Part shown: positions 19,624 to 29,440 of the stretch, piece after piece
How the letters are laid out: the number at the start of each line of letters is the position of its first letter
Position numbering within the stretch: the first letter of the stretch is position 1
Source: an uncultured virus (IMG/VR IMGVR_UViG_2821904334_000002)
Taxonomy: Duplodnaviria; Heunggongvirae; Uroviricota; Caudoviricetes
DNA: 64,000 bases
IMG/VR virus record: IMGVR_UViG_2821904334_000002
Reading direction: 5' to 3' (one strand)
Translations under genes and position numbers: made by a program
The notes under the pieces: model-generated
Seen by the model: the letters and a program-made list of their open reading frames with translations, nothing else
Database searches by the model: none
Told to the model about the DNA's origin: nothing

Positions 19624-20262
19624 ATGTCATTTAAACAAATCGTATACGATGAACTTAAAGGTGAAGTAAGTCCGAAACGTAGAGCAGTCGTAGCTGATAG
19701 AGACAGTTATCTATTGGGTATTGCTTCTACAAAAGAAGAATTAAAAACCTTATTAAGTAAGAAAACTGTAAGTAGTGTAGTTTGTGACCAATCTATTATA
19801 GGTACAGTTGGTTTCAATGTAGAAACAGAAGAAGTTGTAGTTTCAAAGAATATATCAAAGATAGACCCGCTATCAAGTCCAGTTGTAATGGAGATTACAG
19901 GTAGTAGGTATAACCAAGATACTAAACTTAGTAAAGAAGAGTTAAAGCATTTAATTGAAAGAAACAACAAATACGTAAATAAAGTATTTAAAAGCCTATC
20001 AGGATATCAAACAGTGACTAAGATACTAGACGAGAAGGAACTATTTCATGACATACCAAAGGTAGTATACTTAAAAGTAGGAAAAGATGGTGTTTGGTTC
20101 TACTTATCTGAACTTCAATTAAGTATAGAAACGTATTGTGGAACATTCATGGTTCATGGTAAAGGTAAAGATTTATACGCACATGAAATCGCTGAACTAG
20201 TGTCTCCTGTTTGGGGTATAACGGAGAAAGAAGTAGAAGACATACTACTAAGTGGTTTTTAG
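19624..20262 (+). CDS. family A paralog 1 (unknown function)
   Basis: FKQIVYDEL, GIASTKEELKTLL, VHGKGKDL. Confidence 0.8.
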   Translation: MSFKQIVYDELKGEVSPKRRAVVADRDSYLLGIASTKEELKTLLSKKTVSSVVCDQSIIGTVGFNVETEEVVVSKNISKIDPLSSPVVMEITGSRYNQDTKLSKEELKHLIERNNKYVNKVFKSLSGYQTVTKILDEKELFHDIPKVVYLKVGKDGVWFYLSELQLSIETYCGTFMVHGKGKDLYAHEIAELVSPVWGITEKEVEDILLSGF

Positions 20263-20300
20263 GATACAAATTACAAAACAAGTAGAAAGAGGGATATGGA

Positions 20301-20888
20301 ATGGCGACAGCAACAAAACCAATCAGTTTCAAGAAACAGGTATTCAATCAATTAAAGGATGAAGTAAGTATTGTAACTCCAATCATTGGATTTAACGATG
20401 AAGGTCATCTAACTGGGTTAGCTTTAACAAGAAAAGAATTAGTAAACTTAATGAACAATAAAGATACAAAGGGTGTAATCGCTACAGACACTACATTCGG
20501 TGCGGTAGGTTTTCATTTAAAATCTAAACAAAGTTCAAGTGATGCATTACTAGTTCCAAATCAAAAAGAAGTATCAAACTTAATAGACTTCACACATGAT
20601 GAGAGTTTTGCATTTATTACGAGATTAGAACAATCAATAAGTAAAATAGACCCAAAAGTAATAGCATCTGTACAAGGTGAAGTACATACGCTTGATTTCG
20701 AGGTATCAAACGTAACGTTCTCTATTACAGCAGACCAAATAAGAATCACAACAAAGAATGGTAATATTATCGTACATGGGCAAGGTAGAGACTTAACATT
20801 AGAAGAAGTTGCAAGTTACTTACACGAAACATTTAATCTATCACATCAAGATTTTATAAACATGTTAAAACAAGCATATGGAATTTAA
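20301..20888 (+). CDS. family A paralog 2
   Basis: FKKQVFNQL, GLALTRKELVNLM, VHGQGRDL. Confidence 0.8.
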   Translation: MATATKPISFKKQVFNQLKDEVSIVTPIIGFNDEGHLTGLALTRKELVNLMNNKDTKGVIATDTTFGAVGFHLKSKQSSSDALLVPNQKEVSNLIDFTHDESFAFITRLEQSISKIDPKVIASVQGEVHTLDFEVSNVTFSITADQIRITTKNGNIIVHGQGRDLTLEEVASYLHETFNLSHQDFINMLKQAYGI

Positions 20889-20908
20889 CAAGAAAATAGG
20901 GGTATAAA

Positions 20909-21565
20909 ATGGCAATTACACTAAAGCAAACTATATACGATGCATTCAGTAAATTAGAGTTAGAGGTTACTCCTGTCATTGCCTATAACAATAAAAGTCA
21001 TGTAATAGCAGTTGCAACTTCAAAGGAAACTTTAAGAAACGCAATTAATAATAAAGAAACGAGAGGTGTTATCGGAACGATGACACCTAAAGGTCAATTA
21101 GGTGCAGATTTTAAAACAGGTCAAGCAGTGTGTAATGAGCCATTAACAAGTCTACCAACTAGCGTGGAAGAATTTATACTGAAAAGTGTTATACACGAAA
21201 TAAAGGGTAGTAGCGGTGATGTTGGTTCTGTATTTCAATTAGATATACAGAACCAAAGAGTAAGTAATAACCGCTTTGTTGACAATATGTATAAACTGTT
21301 AGTAAAAAAGAGGTATGCAGAATTACAAATTAAAACGATGTCAAACCCAAAATTACCTGATTATCATGTATTAATTGCTCAAGTAGGTGCATTGGTTGTA
21401 TCAATGACAGAACATCAAATTAGTTTTATGACATCTTGTGGTCTTACTGTCGTACATGGTGCAGGTAGAGACTTATATTTAAACGAGATAGACGACTTAT
21501 TATATGATTCATTTTGCTTAAATAAAGGTGAGTTTGGAAACCTATTAATGAAAGCAATGTCGTAA
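20909..21565 (+). CDS. family A paralog 3
   Basis: LKQTIYDAF, AVATSKETL, VHGAGRDL. Confidence 0.8.
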   Translation: MAITLKQTIYDAFSKLELEVTPVIAYNNKSHVIAVATSKETLRNAINNKETRGVIGTMTPKGQLGADFKTGQAVCNEPLTSLPTSVEEFILKSVIHEIKGSSGDVGSVFQLDIQNQRVSNNRFVDNMYKLLVKKRYAELQIKTMSNPKLPDYHVLIAQVGALVVSMTEHQISFMTSCGLTVVHGAGRDLYLNEIDDLLYDSFCLNKGEFGNLLMKAMS

Positions 21566-21590
21566 AAGAACTAGAAAAAGGGGTATAAAA

Positions 21591-22229
21591 ATGACTGTAA
21601 AAAGAAACTTTAAAACGGATGTATTTTATGAACTATCACAAGAAGTCCATAACTCAAATGTAAGAGTAGTTTGTTTTGATGAAAACGGGCAAGTTGTAGA
21701 AATAGCAAAAGATTCAAAGACACTAAAAGTATTAATGCAACTACCATCTACAGTAGGATGTGTAGCAGACCATACCTCTAATGGTTCTGTTGGGTTTTTA
21801 TTCAAATCAAAACGAAGTGTTGTAGGAACGAACATTTCACCTATCAAAGATATGATTGATTTCGCAGTAGAGGACTTAAAGAATACAGTATCAAACTATA
21901 ATGAATTCCAAAAGGCGGTTGTTTCTAGCAATCGCTTTAACCATAGATTCGTTGAGTTATTCTCAAACTACCCAAGTATAGAGTTCGAACTAAAATCGAA
22001 TTATATTATGGGTGATGATGCGGAATTTCCTTTATTTAAAATACTGTATGTATACGCAGGAAACTTAACATTATGTATCACAGAAAGCCAAATGACAATC
22101 ATGACTGAATGTGGTAACTTTGTTCTACATAGTTCTAAACTGGATGCGGATATGACCGTTATCTCATCTATTTTCTCACATCAATTAGGTATAGATACAG
22201 CTAGACTAAAGAAAGCTTTACTAGGATAA
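21591..22229 (+). CDS. family A paralog 4
   Basis: FKTDVFYEL, EIAKDSKTL, LHSSKLD. Confidence 0.8.
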   Translation: MTVKRNFKTDVFYELSQEVHNSNVRVVCFDENGQVVEIAKDSKTLKVLMQLPSTVGCVADHTSNGSVGFLFKSKRSVVGTNISPIKDMIDFAVEDLKNTVSNYNEFQKAVVSSNRFNHRFVELFSNYPSIEFELKSNYIMGDDAEFPLFKILYVYAGNLTLCITESQMTIMTECGNFVLHSSKLDADMTVISSIFSHQLGIDTARLKKALLG

Positions 22230-22244
22230 GAAAGGGGTAGACCA

Positions 22245-22889
22245 ATGGCTAGTGAATTAGCAGAGTTTAAGAAAGGTTGTTATAACCATTTTCGAGACGA
22301 ATTAAAGAAGTATAAAGACGCTATGATAATTGGTTTTGATGCAAAACATGTTGTAATGGGAATTGCAACTACACCTACTGAATTAAGAGATTTATTAAAA
22401 TTAAAGGGACTTAATGCAGTAGTCATTAACCATCCTGACATCTTTATGGTGGGTTATGATTTCAAGAAAAAATCTCAATTTGTTAGAACAGACGATTCTG
22501 TATTAGGTAGACTGTATACTAAAACAATTGATAAACAATATAAGGAAATCTTCAAAAACGCAAAAAGCAAACAATTGGTGACTCAAGAAAACCACGAATT
22601 GATTCAACGTATTGAAGATTTCTGTATGCGTTATCAAATTCCTCATTCTAAAAGTTCAGGAGACAGAGCAGGAGATAATACAAACATTATCGTGATTAAT
22701 TTAATGATGGGTAACATAAAAATAGAAATTACAGAAGAATTAACTTATATTCAGTTACATGAAACGTATTTAATTGTGCATGATATGTACCATGATATAG
22801 AAACAAGTAAATATATGCACATTATGTCTAAACTGTTATTTGTCCCTGAGTTGGAAGTACAAAGATTATTCATGCCAAACGTTAGATAA
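22245..22889 (+). CDS. family A paralog 5
   Basis: FKKGCYNHF, GIATTPTELRDLL, VHDMYHDI. Confidence 0.8.
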   Translation: MASELAEFKKGCYNHFRDELKKYKDAMIIGFDAKHVVMGIATTPTELRDLLKLKGLNAVVINHPDIFMVGYDFKKKSQFVRTDDSVLGRLYTKTIDKQYKEIFKNAKSKQLVTQENHELIQRIEDFCMRYQIPHSKSSGDRAGDNTNIIVINLMMGNIKIEITEELTYIQLHETYLIVHDMYHDIETSKYMHIMSKLLFVPELEVQRLFMPNVR

Positions 22890-22904
22890 AGAGGGGTATG
22901 TGTA

Positions 22905-23087
22905 GTGATAAAGAAAACAGACCCATTGAGAGTATATAAACAGTTACGAGAAGTTATAAAAGAATATAAAGAAGGTTTTCTCAACATACCGAGAAACCAG
23001 ATAGAAGATGATATAGACTATGCCTATTCTAAAGAACGTATAGGATACAATGAGTATATCGCCTTGAAAGATTATTTACAGGGGTAG
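22905..23087 (+). CDS. small hypothetical protein inside family A array
   Basis: ORF track, SD GAGGGG. Confidence 0.55.
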   Translation: MIKKTDPLRVYKQLREVIKEYKEGFLNIPRNQIEDDIDYAYSKERIGYNEYIALKDYLQG

Positions 23088-23106
23088 TAAAGGAAGGTAT
23101 GAACAA

Positions 23107-23751
23107 ATGGCTAAAACACTAAAACAAGATGCTTATAGCTTTCTAGGTAGTCAACTAGAAGAAATAGGTTCAGAATTAGTAGTTGGATATGATAAAGACT
23201 ATGGTGTAATCGGTATCGCAAAGAATAAAGCTCAACTGAAACAGGTCTTGAAAACAAAAGGTATCGCAGGAGTCATTATAGCAGATAGAGAGTCTTGTGC
23301 AGTAGGGTATGACTTTATTAAAGGAGAACAGTACCTTGGTATGTCGGAACGTCATGGTCACATATCAGACTATCTTGATAAAGAAAAAGTTGCTATCTAT
23401 GGAAACGGTGATACAGATAAACTTGTGATAGAAAATAATGATTTTATTTTAAAGCTTATGGAGTTTTTAGATAAGAATAACATATCATATAATGATTCAA
23501 CTTATGCTCCAATAAGAGGTCACAAGTATATGTATGAGATAACTGTCTATAACGGCAGGTGTTCTACTACCATATCAAAGAATCAAACATATATGAAAAC
23601 AAGTACAGATATCTTAGTTGTACATGATTCTACGAGAGACGTAGAATTTGAGTTTTACGCTGAATTTTTATGTAAAGTACTAAACATAGACTTTAATGTA
23701 GCAAAACAGTTGATTGTTAACTGTTATAACGCAAAAGGATTATACAAATAA
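23107..23751 (+). CDS. family A paralog 6
   Basis: LKQDAYSFL, GIAKNKAQLKQVL, VHDSTRDV. Confidence 0.8.
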   Translation: MAKTLKQDAYSFLGSQLEEIGSELVVGYDKDYGVIGIAKNKAQLKQVLKTKGIAGVIIADRESCAVGYDFIKGEQYLGMSERHGHISDYLDKEKVAIYGNGDTDKLVIENNDFILKLMEFLDKNNISYNDSTYAPIRGHKYMYEITVYNGRCSTTISKNQTYMKTSTDILVVHDSTRDVEFEFYAEFLCKVLNIDFNVAKQLIVNCYNAKGLYK

Positions 23752-23771
23752 AACTAAAGGGGTAGATTATA

Positions 23772-24443
23772 TTGACAACAGAAGCAAAGAAATCAATCAA
23801 ACAAGAAGCGTATAACTTTTTCGGAAAGTATTTACAAGACCCTCGTGTTTTATATGTAGTTGGTTATAATAAAGACTTTTGTGTAATCGGTATTGCAGAA
23901 GATAAAGGTGAACTAAAAGAACTTTTACAAACAAAAGGTATTGCAGGTGCGATTATGACTTCAGATGAAGGTTGTCATGTAGGTTATGACTTTGTAAAAG
24001 GAGAACACTACAAAAAAGGTCTTACAACACCTATTACAAAAAGAGATTATTACCAAAAAGAAATGAAAGACTTATATGAAAACAATCCAAACGCTGATGA
24101 TGTAATTGAAGAAAGTAACAAATTTATGTTCCCATTTATGGAGTTCCTAGACCAAATAGATGCAAACTATGGAAGTAGTTCTAAACAACCTAAAAGTGGT
24201 TCTAAATTTCTATACGATGCGACTATAAAAACAGGTCATGCTTTTATAACTATGACAAAACACAGTGCAAGATATTCAGTAGCAGGTGAAGGAATCCTAA
24301 CTATACATGACTCTAATAACGATATTGATATTCCAACTCTATCTTTATTCTTATCAAAAGCATTAAAAGTAGATAAACAGTCCATAGAAAGAGCAATTAC
24401 AGAAAGTTTATCAAATACAGACCTTAGTAAATGGTTTAACTAG
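23772..24443 (+). CDS. family A paralog 7
   Basis: IKQEAYNFF, GIAEDKGELKELL, IHDSNNDI. Confidence 0.8.
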   Translation: MTTEAKKSIKQEAYNFFGKYLQDPRVLYVVGYNKDFCVIGIAEDKGELKELLQTKGIAGAIMTSDEGCHVGYDFVKGEHYKKGLTTPITKRDYYQKEMKDLYENNPNADDVIEESNKFMFPFMEFLDQIDANYGSSSKQPKSGSKFLYDATIKTGHAFITMTKHSARYSVAGEGILTIHDSNNDIDIPTLSLFLSKALKVDKQSIERAITESLSNTDLSKWFN

Positions 24444-24458
24444 AAAGTAGGTAAACTC

Positions 24459-25154
24459 ATGAACTACAGATATGCAATTGTAAACCTAACAGAATTTAAA
24501 AGTACAAAGAAACATTTCTACTCTGAACTAGAACAACGTTTCGTTCAGAGTAGGTTTAATTCTCAAAGACCTGTAATAGCAATTAATAGTGAAAATAATA
24601 CAGTAATAGACATGATATACGGTAAAGACTTTAGAGGTCAATTGACGAAGCACATGTTGTGGGGAGATAACATAAATCTTGCTATACCTTTAAAAATTGA
24701 AGATAAGAAGGTATCTTGGGAAGAGAAACTATATAGACAATATAAGTATCAGTTTGAAACACAAAGAACTGAAGAAGGTAATGCTTTTGAAGAACATGTA
24801 AACAAAGTATTCCAAGCAGAATCACAAGGGGTAGTAAGCAATAATCAGTTTGTAATAGATTTTAAGACTTTCCTTGATACAAATAGTATAGAAGAAAGAA
24901 TGAAACCGAGTATTAAAGAAAATAGCATTGTATTACAATCAGGTGAAACAGCAAACTATCTACAAATCAAGTTATTTGAAGGGGTAGTATTATATGCCTT
25001 TGAAAATCAAATGTTATACAAGACAATAAACTCGGATGTTATCATTGTTCACGATTATCATCATGACATTGATGTAGAAAAGTTCCTAGACTTCCTTTCT
25101 CCAGCATTAACGATTGAAAGAGAAGTTTTAAAGGAATTTTTCTTAGGGAGTTAA
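24459..25154 (+). CDS. family A paralog 8 (divergent)
   Basis: KKHFYSEL, SNNQFVIDF, VHDYHHDI. Confidence 0.75.
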   Translation: MNYRYAIVNLTEFKSTKKHFYSELEQRFVQSRFNSQRPVIAINSENNTVIDMIYGKDFRGQLTKHMLWGDNINLAIPLKIEDKKVSWEEKLYRQYKYQFETQRTEEGNAFEEHVNKVFQAESQGVVSNNQFVIDFKTFLDTNSIEERMKPSIKENSIVLQSGETANYLQIKLFEGVVLYAFENQMLYKTINSDVIIVHDYHHDIDVEKFLDFLSPALTIEREVLKEFFLGS

Positions 25155-25254
25155 GTTGAAAAGGTTTTAAGAACTAGGTATACATAGGTAGACGTATACA
25201 TAGTAAGTAGGAGATTATTTCCAGTAGATTGTAAAACAAAGGAGGTAATAAAGA

Positions 25255-25935
25255 ATGTCTAAGGAATCAAAACGTGCTATATACGATGTATATAATAGAG
25301 CATGGTTTAGTAACCCTACAATTAGAGCATTAGGTTACAACGAAGACCGCTTCTGTACTGGATTGGCAACTACGCCAAAAGAACTTATTCCATTACTAAA
25401 CAATAAACAATGTGTAGGGGTAGTATTCCTTACAAGTCCTGTAGACTTTGAAGAGTATCATAAGAACACTGGTCAAAAGCTACAGATTTCAAAATTTATC
25501 AACGGAGAAGAGTTTCTTCATTACTCATACCGTGATTATGCAAACGCCATGATGGAGTGGGGTTTAGATATATCTGATAAAGAAGACTTGTATAAATATG
25601 ATAAACGATTAGAAGGAAACAGTTTATTCCTAGACTCTCTTATCAACTATGGTTTCAAAAGTAATATAGATGTAGAACCCTTTGCTATGAGAGTAGAAGG
25701 TGGCGCACAATTTCCGTTAAGAACTGTATATTTAACAAGAGGTAACTTAACATTTTGTGTAACAAGTGAGCAAGTCGCTATCAAAGTAGGGGTAGACGAT
25801 TTCATGATAGTACATGATGCAACAAGGGACATAGACTTCAAACTATTAGTAGACATTATGTCAAAAGGTTTAGGATTAAGTTATAGTGAGTTACAAACAG
25901 AACTTATCAAAGCAATTGAATTAAGTGATATCTAA
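25255..25935 (+). CDS. family A paralog 9
   Basis: KRAIYDVY, GLATTPKELIPLL, VHDATRDI. Confidence 0.8.
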   Translation: MSKESKRAIYDVYNRAWFSNPTIRALGYNEDRFCTGLATTPKELIPLLNNKQCVGVVFLTSPVDFEEYHKNTGQKLQISKFINGEEFLHYSYRDYANAMMEWGLDISDKEDLYKYDKRLEGNSLFLDSLINYGFKSNIDVEPFAMRVEGGAQFPLRTVYLTRGNLTFCVTSEQVAIKVGVDDFMIVHDATRDIDFKLLVDIMSKGLGLSYSELQTELIKAIELSDI

Positions 25936-26002
25936 TAAGTAGTATAAAGTACATAAACTTTATAAGTAAGAGTAACAAAGTAGAATTAAAGGGGTAATTA
26001 TA

Positions 26003-26575
26003 ATGGACTTACAAAGACAGGTCGTTACAAGTAGAAAGAATGGGAAGGTAATCGCAACCGTTGAAGATTACTACGATAGGTTCGTGCATGACATGGGGGC
26101 AAAATACAAGAAGACTAGCTTTACTAGAGATAAACTTTGTATTTGCCCTTTCCATGATGATAATGACGCATCGTTAGGTTTATTCAAAGACAAACACGAT
26201 AAAGAAGTTAAAATCTTTCACTGTTTCGGTTGTGGGGCAGGTGGAGACATCGTACAGTTTCATAGAAGACTTGTTAATATTACAGAACATAGAAGTATTT
26301 CAGTAGATACAGCAAGTAAAGAAGTGGCAAACTTATATGGAATTGAAATAAACGAAGAAGCAATTGAAGAACACTTAAAATCATTGCTATTTGAACGAGA
26401 ATTGGAAGTAGAAAGAAATTTAGGTCAATATAACTTCCGTTCACATAGTAGTAACTTAATGAAATTACGAATGGCGCAAGAAGATATGGAATTAGGCGAT
26501 TTCAGTGAAAACTTAGATGTAGTCATTAACATGTGGAAACTGGCAATCAGACAAGCGGAAAATAAAGATAATTAA
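26003..26575 (+). CDS. stand-alone CHC2 zinc-finger protein (DnaG primase zinc-binding domain) without TOPRIM domain
   Basis: CPFHDDNDASL...FHCFGCGAGGDIVQF. Confidence 0.85.
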   Translation: MDLQRQVVTSRKNGKVIATVEDYYDRFVHDMGAKYKKTSFTRDKLCICPFHDDNDASLGLFKDKHDKEVKIFHCFGCGAGGDIVQFHRRLVNITEHRSISVDTASKEVANLYGIEINEEAIEEHLKSLLFERELEVERNLGQYNFRSHSSNLMKLRMAQEDMELGDFSENLDVVINMWKLAIRQAENKDN

Positions 26576-26620
26576 TACGTAGAGAAACTACGAGTAATGT
26601 AACAAAGTGGGGTATATAAA

Positions 26621-27496
26621 ATGTTCGAATTACAATCAATACAAAAACCAACCGTATTAAATGTATTACAAAACACAATGGATAGTGGACTAGGATTAGA
26701 TATTTCAAAGACTTCAACAGGTATTACAATCTTTGATGGTGAAACAGTTAAAACCTATCAATGCGTAATAGAATACGATGAAGACTCACCGTTCCACTGG
26801 TATCTACTAACGAAAGCATTAGAAGACGATTTAAGGTCTTTACTACAAGGAAAACATTTCGATGTAATAGGTATAGAAGATTCGATTCAAGGGGAAAACT
26901 ATGATACAGTACGAAAATTAATCCTTCTTAATAGTGTAATAGATAAAATTATCATGGAAGGAAACGTAACTTGTGATTACTTCAAACGAATTGGGAATAC
27001 AGTTTGGAAGAAATGGTTAAGAACCTTAAAGCCTGGCAAGAAGATTTTAAAAGATAAAGCAGAGATTGAAATGATTTTAGATTACTTGGAATTTCCATTA
27101 GTAGACTTATATAGAGATGCAAGACAGAAGAAAAAAGACGATGATGGCTATCAAGACCAATTAGATTCTACAGGGGTATTAATTGGGGTAGGACTTGAAC
27201 GTCAAAATAATAACCTAACTGGTAAAAATAAAAAGAAACCTAGCAAGTTACGTATACATAATTATAGTAGTGCAGAAGAACTGTTAAAATATCATGAAGG
27301 TACTACTTTAACCCCGATAAATCTAGGTGGGGACTTAAAAGCTTCTGTTAAAACCTTCTTTGAAGGGTTATCCGACGAAGATAAACAGAAAAAGTATTAT
27401 ATGTGTAAAGACTCCTTAGGTAGCTTGGGTTTAGAGTATGGGCTTGCGGATTACCGAAACGGAAACCACATTGTCATGTACCATGAATTAAAATAA
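26621..27496 (+). CDS. ruvC: RuvC-like Holliday junction resolvase with C-terminal extension
   Basis: LGLDISKTSTG, VIGIED, WKK, DQLDS acidic catalytic pattern. Confidence 0.7.
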   Translation: MFELQSIQKPTVLNVLQNTMDSGLGLDISKTSTGITIFDGETVKTYQCVIEYDEDSPFHWYLLTKALEDDLRSLLQGKHFDVIGIEDSIQGENYDTVRKLILLNSVIDKIIMEGNVTCDYFKRIGNTVWKKWLRTLKPGKKILKDKAEIEMILDYLEFPLVDLYRDARQKKKDDDGYQDQLDSTGVLIGVGLERQNNNLTGKNKKKPSKLRIHNYSSAEELLKYHEGTTLTPINLGGDLKASVKTFFEGLSDEDKQKKYYMCKDSLGSLGLEYGLADYRNGNHIVMYHELK

Positions 27497-27524
27497 AGTA
27501 GGCAGACAACAAGGAGGGATTCGA

Positions 27525-28058
27525 ATGGCAACTGAGAAAGAAGTTGTAAGTTATTTAGCAACATCAAACGGATATAAAATAGGTGAACTAGTAAAGATGC
27601 CTGACGATGGTTCAGCAGAACAACCGCAGGTAAAACACATTTGTCGTAATGGGGTAGCATTTATCCCTAGAGTAGAACTTACAACTCGTTATCAACTAAG
27701 TACGAATAAGATTAGAAACTTACAATGTTATTACTGGAATTGTATAAATTGTGGCAAAACATATTATAGTGTAAATAAAGAGGATATAGATATTTCAAAC
27801 AATAATAAACAACAACAAAACATGTATAATCCGAATACGGGTCAACAAACAAATATGAATCAAGGATACCCACAACAAAACCAATATCCAAATCAGCAGT
27901 ATCAACAAGGATATCCGAATCAACAGTATCCAAACCAACAATATCAGCAACAACAAGGGTATCCACAACAAGGTCAAAACTACTATAACGGACAACAAAA
28001 TAACCGCCAACAGCAACCTACTCATCAGCCAAATCAAGGGGTATGGAGAGGGTACTAA
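27525..28058 (+). CDS. zinc-ribbon protein with Q/N/Y/P low-complexity tail
   Basis: HIC...CINCG; repeated YPxQQ/QGYP. Confidence 0.75.
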   Translation: MATEKEVVSYLATSNGYKIGELVKMPDDGSAEQPQVKHICRNGVAFIPRVELTTRYQLSTNKIRNLQCYYWNCINCGKTYYSVNKEDIDISNNNKQQQNMYNPNTGQQTNMNQGYPQQNQYPNQQYQQGYPNQQYPNQQYQQQQGYPQQGQNYYNGQQNNRQQQPTHQPNQGVWRGY

Positions 28059-28309
28059 TGGTATTAGATTTCATAACGAACGGTAAAATCACACAAACTC
28101 ATTTAAACTTAAAAATGAACCCTTCAAAGTTCATCAAAGTTGGGGTAAGTGAGGATTTAGAAACCGTTCTATTCTCATATCTAGAGTTAGAAGACCGTTG
28201 CAACTTCATAAATCCTTCCATTATTACTGTTTTATTAGCTAGAAAAGTAATAACAAGGGAAGAACAAACGGTGGACGGTCAAACGATTCTACTAAAATAT
28301 AGTTATTAA
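28058..28309 (+). CDS. hypothetical protein
   Basis: ORF track, start moved to TAATG overlap. Confidence 0.55.
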   Translation: MVLDFITNGKITQTHLNLKMNPSKFIKVGVSEDLETVLFSYLELEDRCNFINPSIITVLLARKVITREEQTVDGQTILLKYSY

Positions 28310-28322
28310 TTGTAGATGTGAG

Positions 28323-28628
28323 GTGGTTTTGTTGCAGTTAGTTACAAAGAAAAAGTTACTAACAATAGTAGACGAAGAAGGGTATTGGAAAGGCGTATTT
28401 GCACCGTGCAAGATAAGAAAGACCTATGTAAATGACAATCACCCATCTTGTATTGAGGTATTGATTCAAAAGATGAAATATACGAATGGTGAAATAAAGA
28501 CGTTAGTCAAGACAGCTAGAAACCCCTATGGGAAAGAGTTAGAATTAGAAGAGTTTATCGAGAACTTTATTTTCCACAATTGTAACGAGGAAGAAGGAAT
28601 CAACATAAAATATTGGCAACATTACTAA
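28323..28628 (+). CDS. family B domain protein (1 copy)
   Basis: VTKKKL...GYWKGVFAP...NCNEEEG..IKYW. Confidence 0.7.
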   Translation: MVLLQLVTKKKLLTIVDEEGYWKGVFAPCKIRKTYVNDNHPSCIEVLIQKMKYTNGEIKTLVKTARNPYGKELELEEFIENFIFHNCNEEEGINIKYWQHY

Positions 28629-28640
28629 GGAGGGGTAGAC

Positions 28641-28913
28641 ATGGCTTTAAAGAAAGTGACAAAGCATCAAATAACATCAGCGGTGAAAAAGAATGGAAAT
28701 TGGGTAGGATATATTGCACCAAACAAGGTATCTGAGTTTCATGTGAATCAAGGTTTTCATTTAGGGGTACAAACAAACATCCAATCAAACCAAGAAGGTA
28801 TTTTAATTGTAAACGGTCAGTACACTTTCAGTCAGTTTGTAGACCAAATTGAAGCCTACAATTGTAACAGTGAAGTAGGAACAAGAGTAGCTTATTGGGA
28901 GGTAACTCAATAA
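28641..28913 (+). CDS. family B domain protein (1 copy)
   Basis: KKVTKHQI...GNWVGYIAP...NCNSEVGTRVAYWE. Confidence 0.75.
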   Translation: MALKKVTKHQITSAVKKNGNWVGYIAPNKVSEFHVNQGFHLGVQTNIQSNQEGILIVNGQYTFSQFVDQIEAYNCNSEVGTRVAYWEVTQ

Positions 28914-29437
28914 TGAAAATGGCAGACAAAACAGCAATCAATAAAGCAATTAAACTAGAAGGTAAATGGACTGGTTATATTGCACCACGTAACGCTCCTA
29001 AGGAACAAATAAAACAAGGGTATGGAAGACTTACTACAATTACATCAGTGAACGGTAAATTAATGGTAGACAACGGTGCATACACTTTAGAGTATCTAGT
29101 ATCACATCTAAGAGCAAATAGTGTGAAGAACGGAATGGGTGAAGCATTATTATACTGGGAAGAACCAGAAATGAAGAAAGTAACGAAAGAGCAAATAGCT
29201 ACAACTGTACAAAATACAGGTAGATGGACTGGTTATATGTTACCTAGTGGTAAAGACTACAGACATATCCACGGTGGAGATAAAATGGGCGTAGCTTTAA
29301 CAGTAGTAAACTACAATAACACATTAATGGCTCAAGAACATAATTGTACATTCGATAAATTCGTTAAAGATTGGACACAATATGCTATTCAAAGTCGATT
29401 AGGTAATAGACTGGCATTTTGGGAGGAAGCGAAATAA
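28913..29437 (+). CDS. family B domain protein (2 tandem copies)
   Basis: GKWTGYIAP...YWEE then KKVTKEQI...GRWTGYMLP...RLAFWEE. Confidence 0.75.
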   Translation: MKMADKTAINKAIKLEGKWTGYIAPRNAPKEQIKQGYGRLTTITSVNGKLMVDNGAYTLEYLVSHLRANSVKNGMGEALLYWEEPEMKKVTKEQIATTVQNTGRWTGYMLPSGKDYRHIHGGDKMGVALTVVNYNNTLMAQEHNCTFDKFVKDWTQYAIQSRLGNRLAFWEEAK

Positions 29438-29440
29438 ATC

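Noticed and set aside
19624..25935. Annotating family A as HicA toxins
   Set aside because: Only the C-terminal VHxxxxDL-helix pattern resembles HicA; proteins are about three times longer, lack the GSH motif and have no HicB partner.
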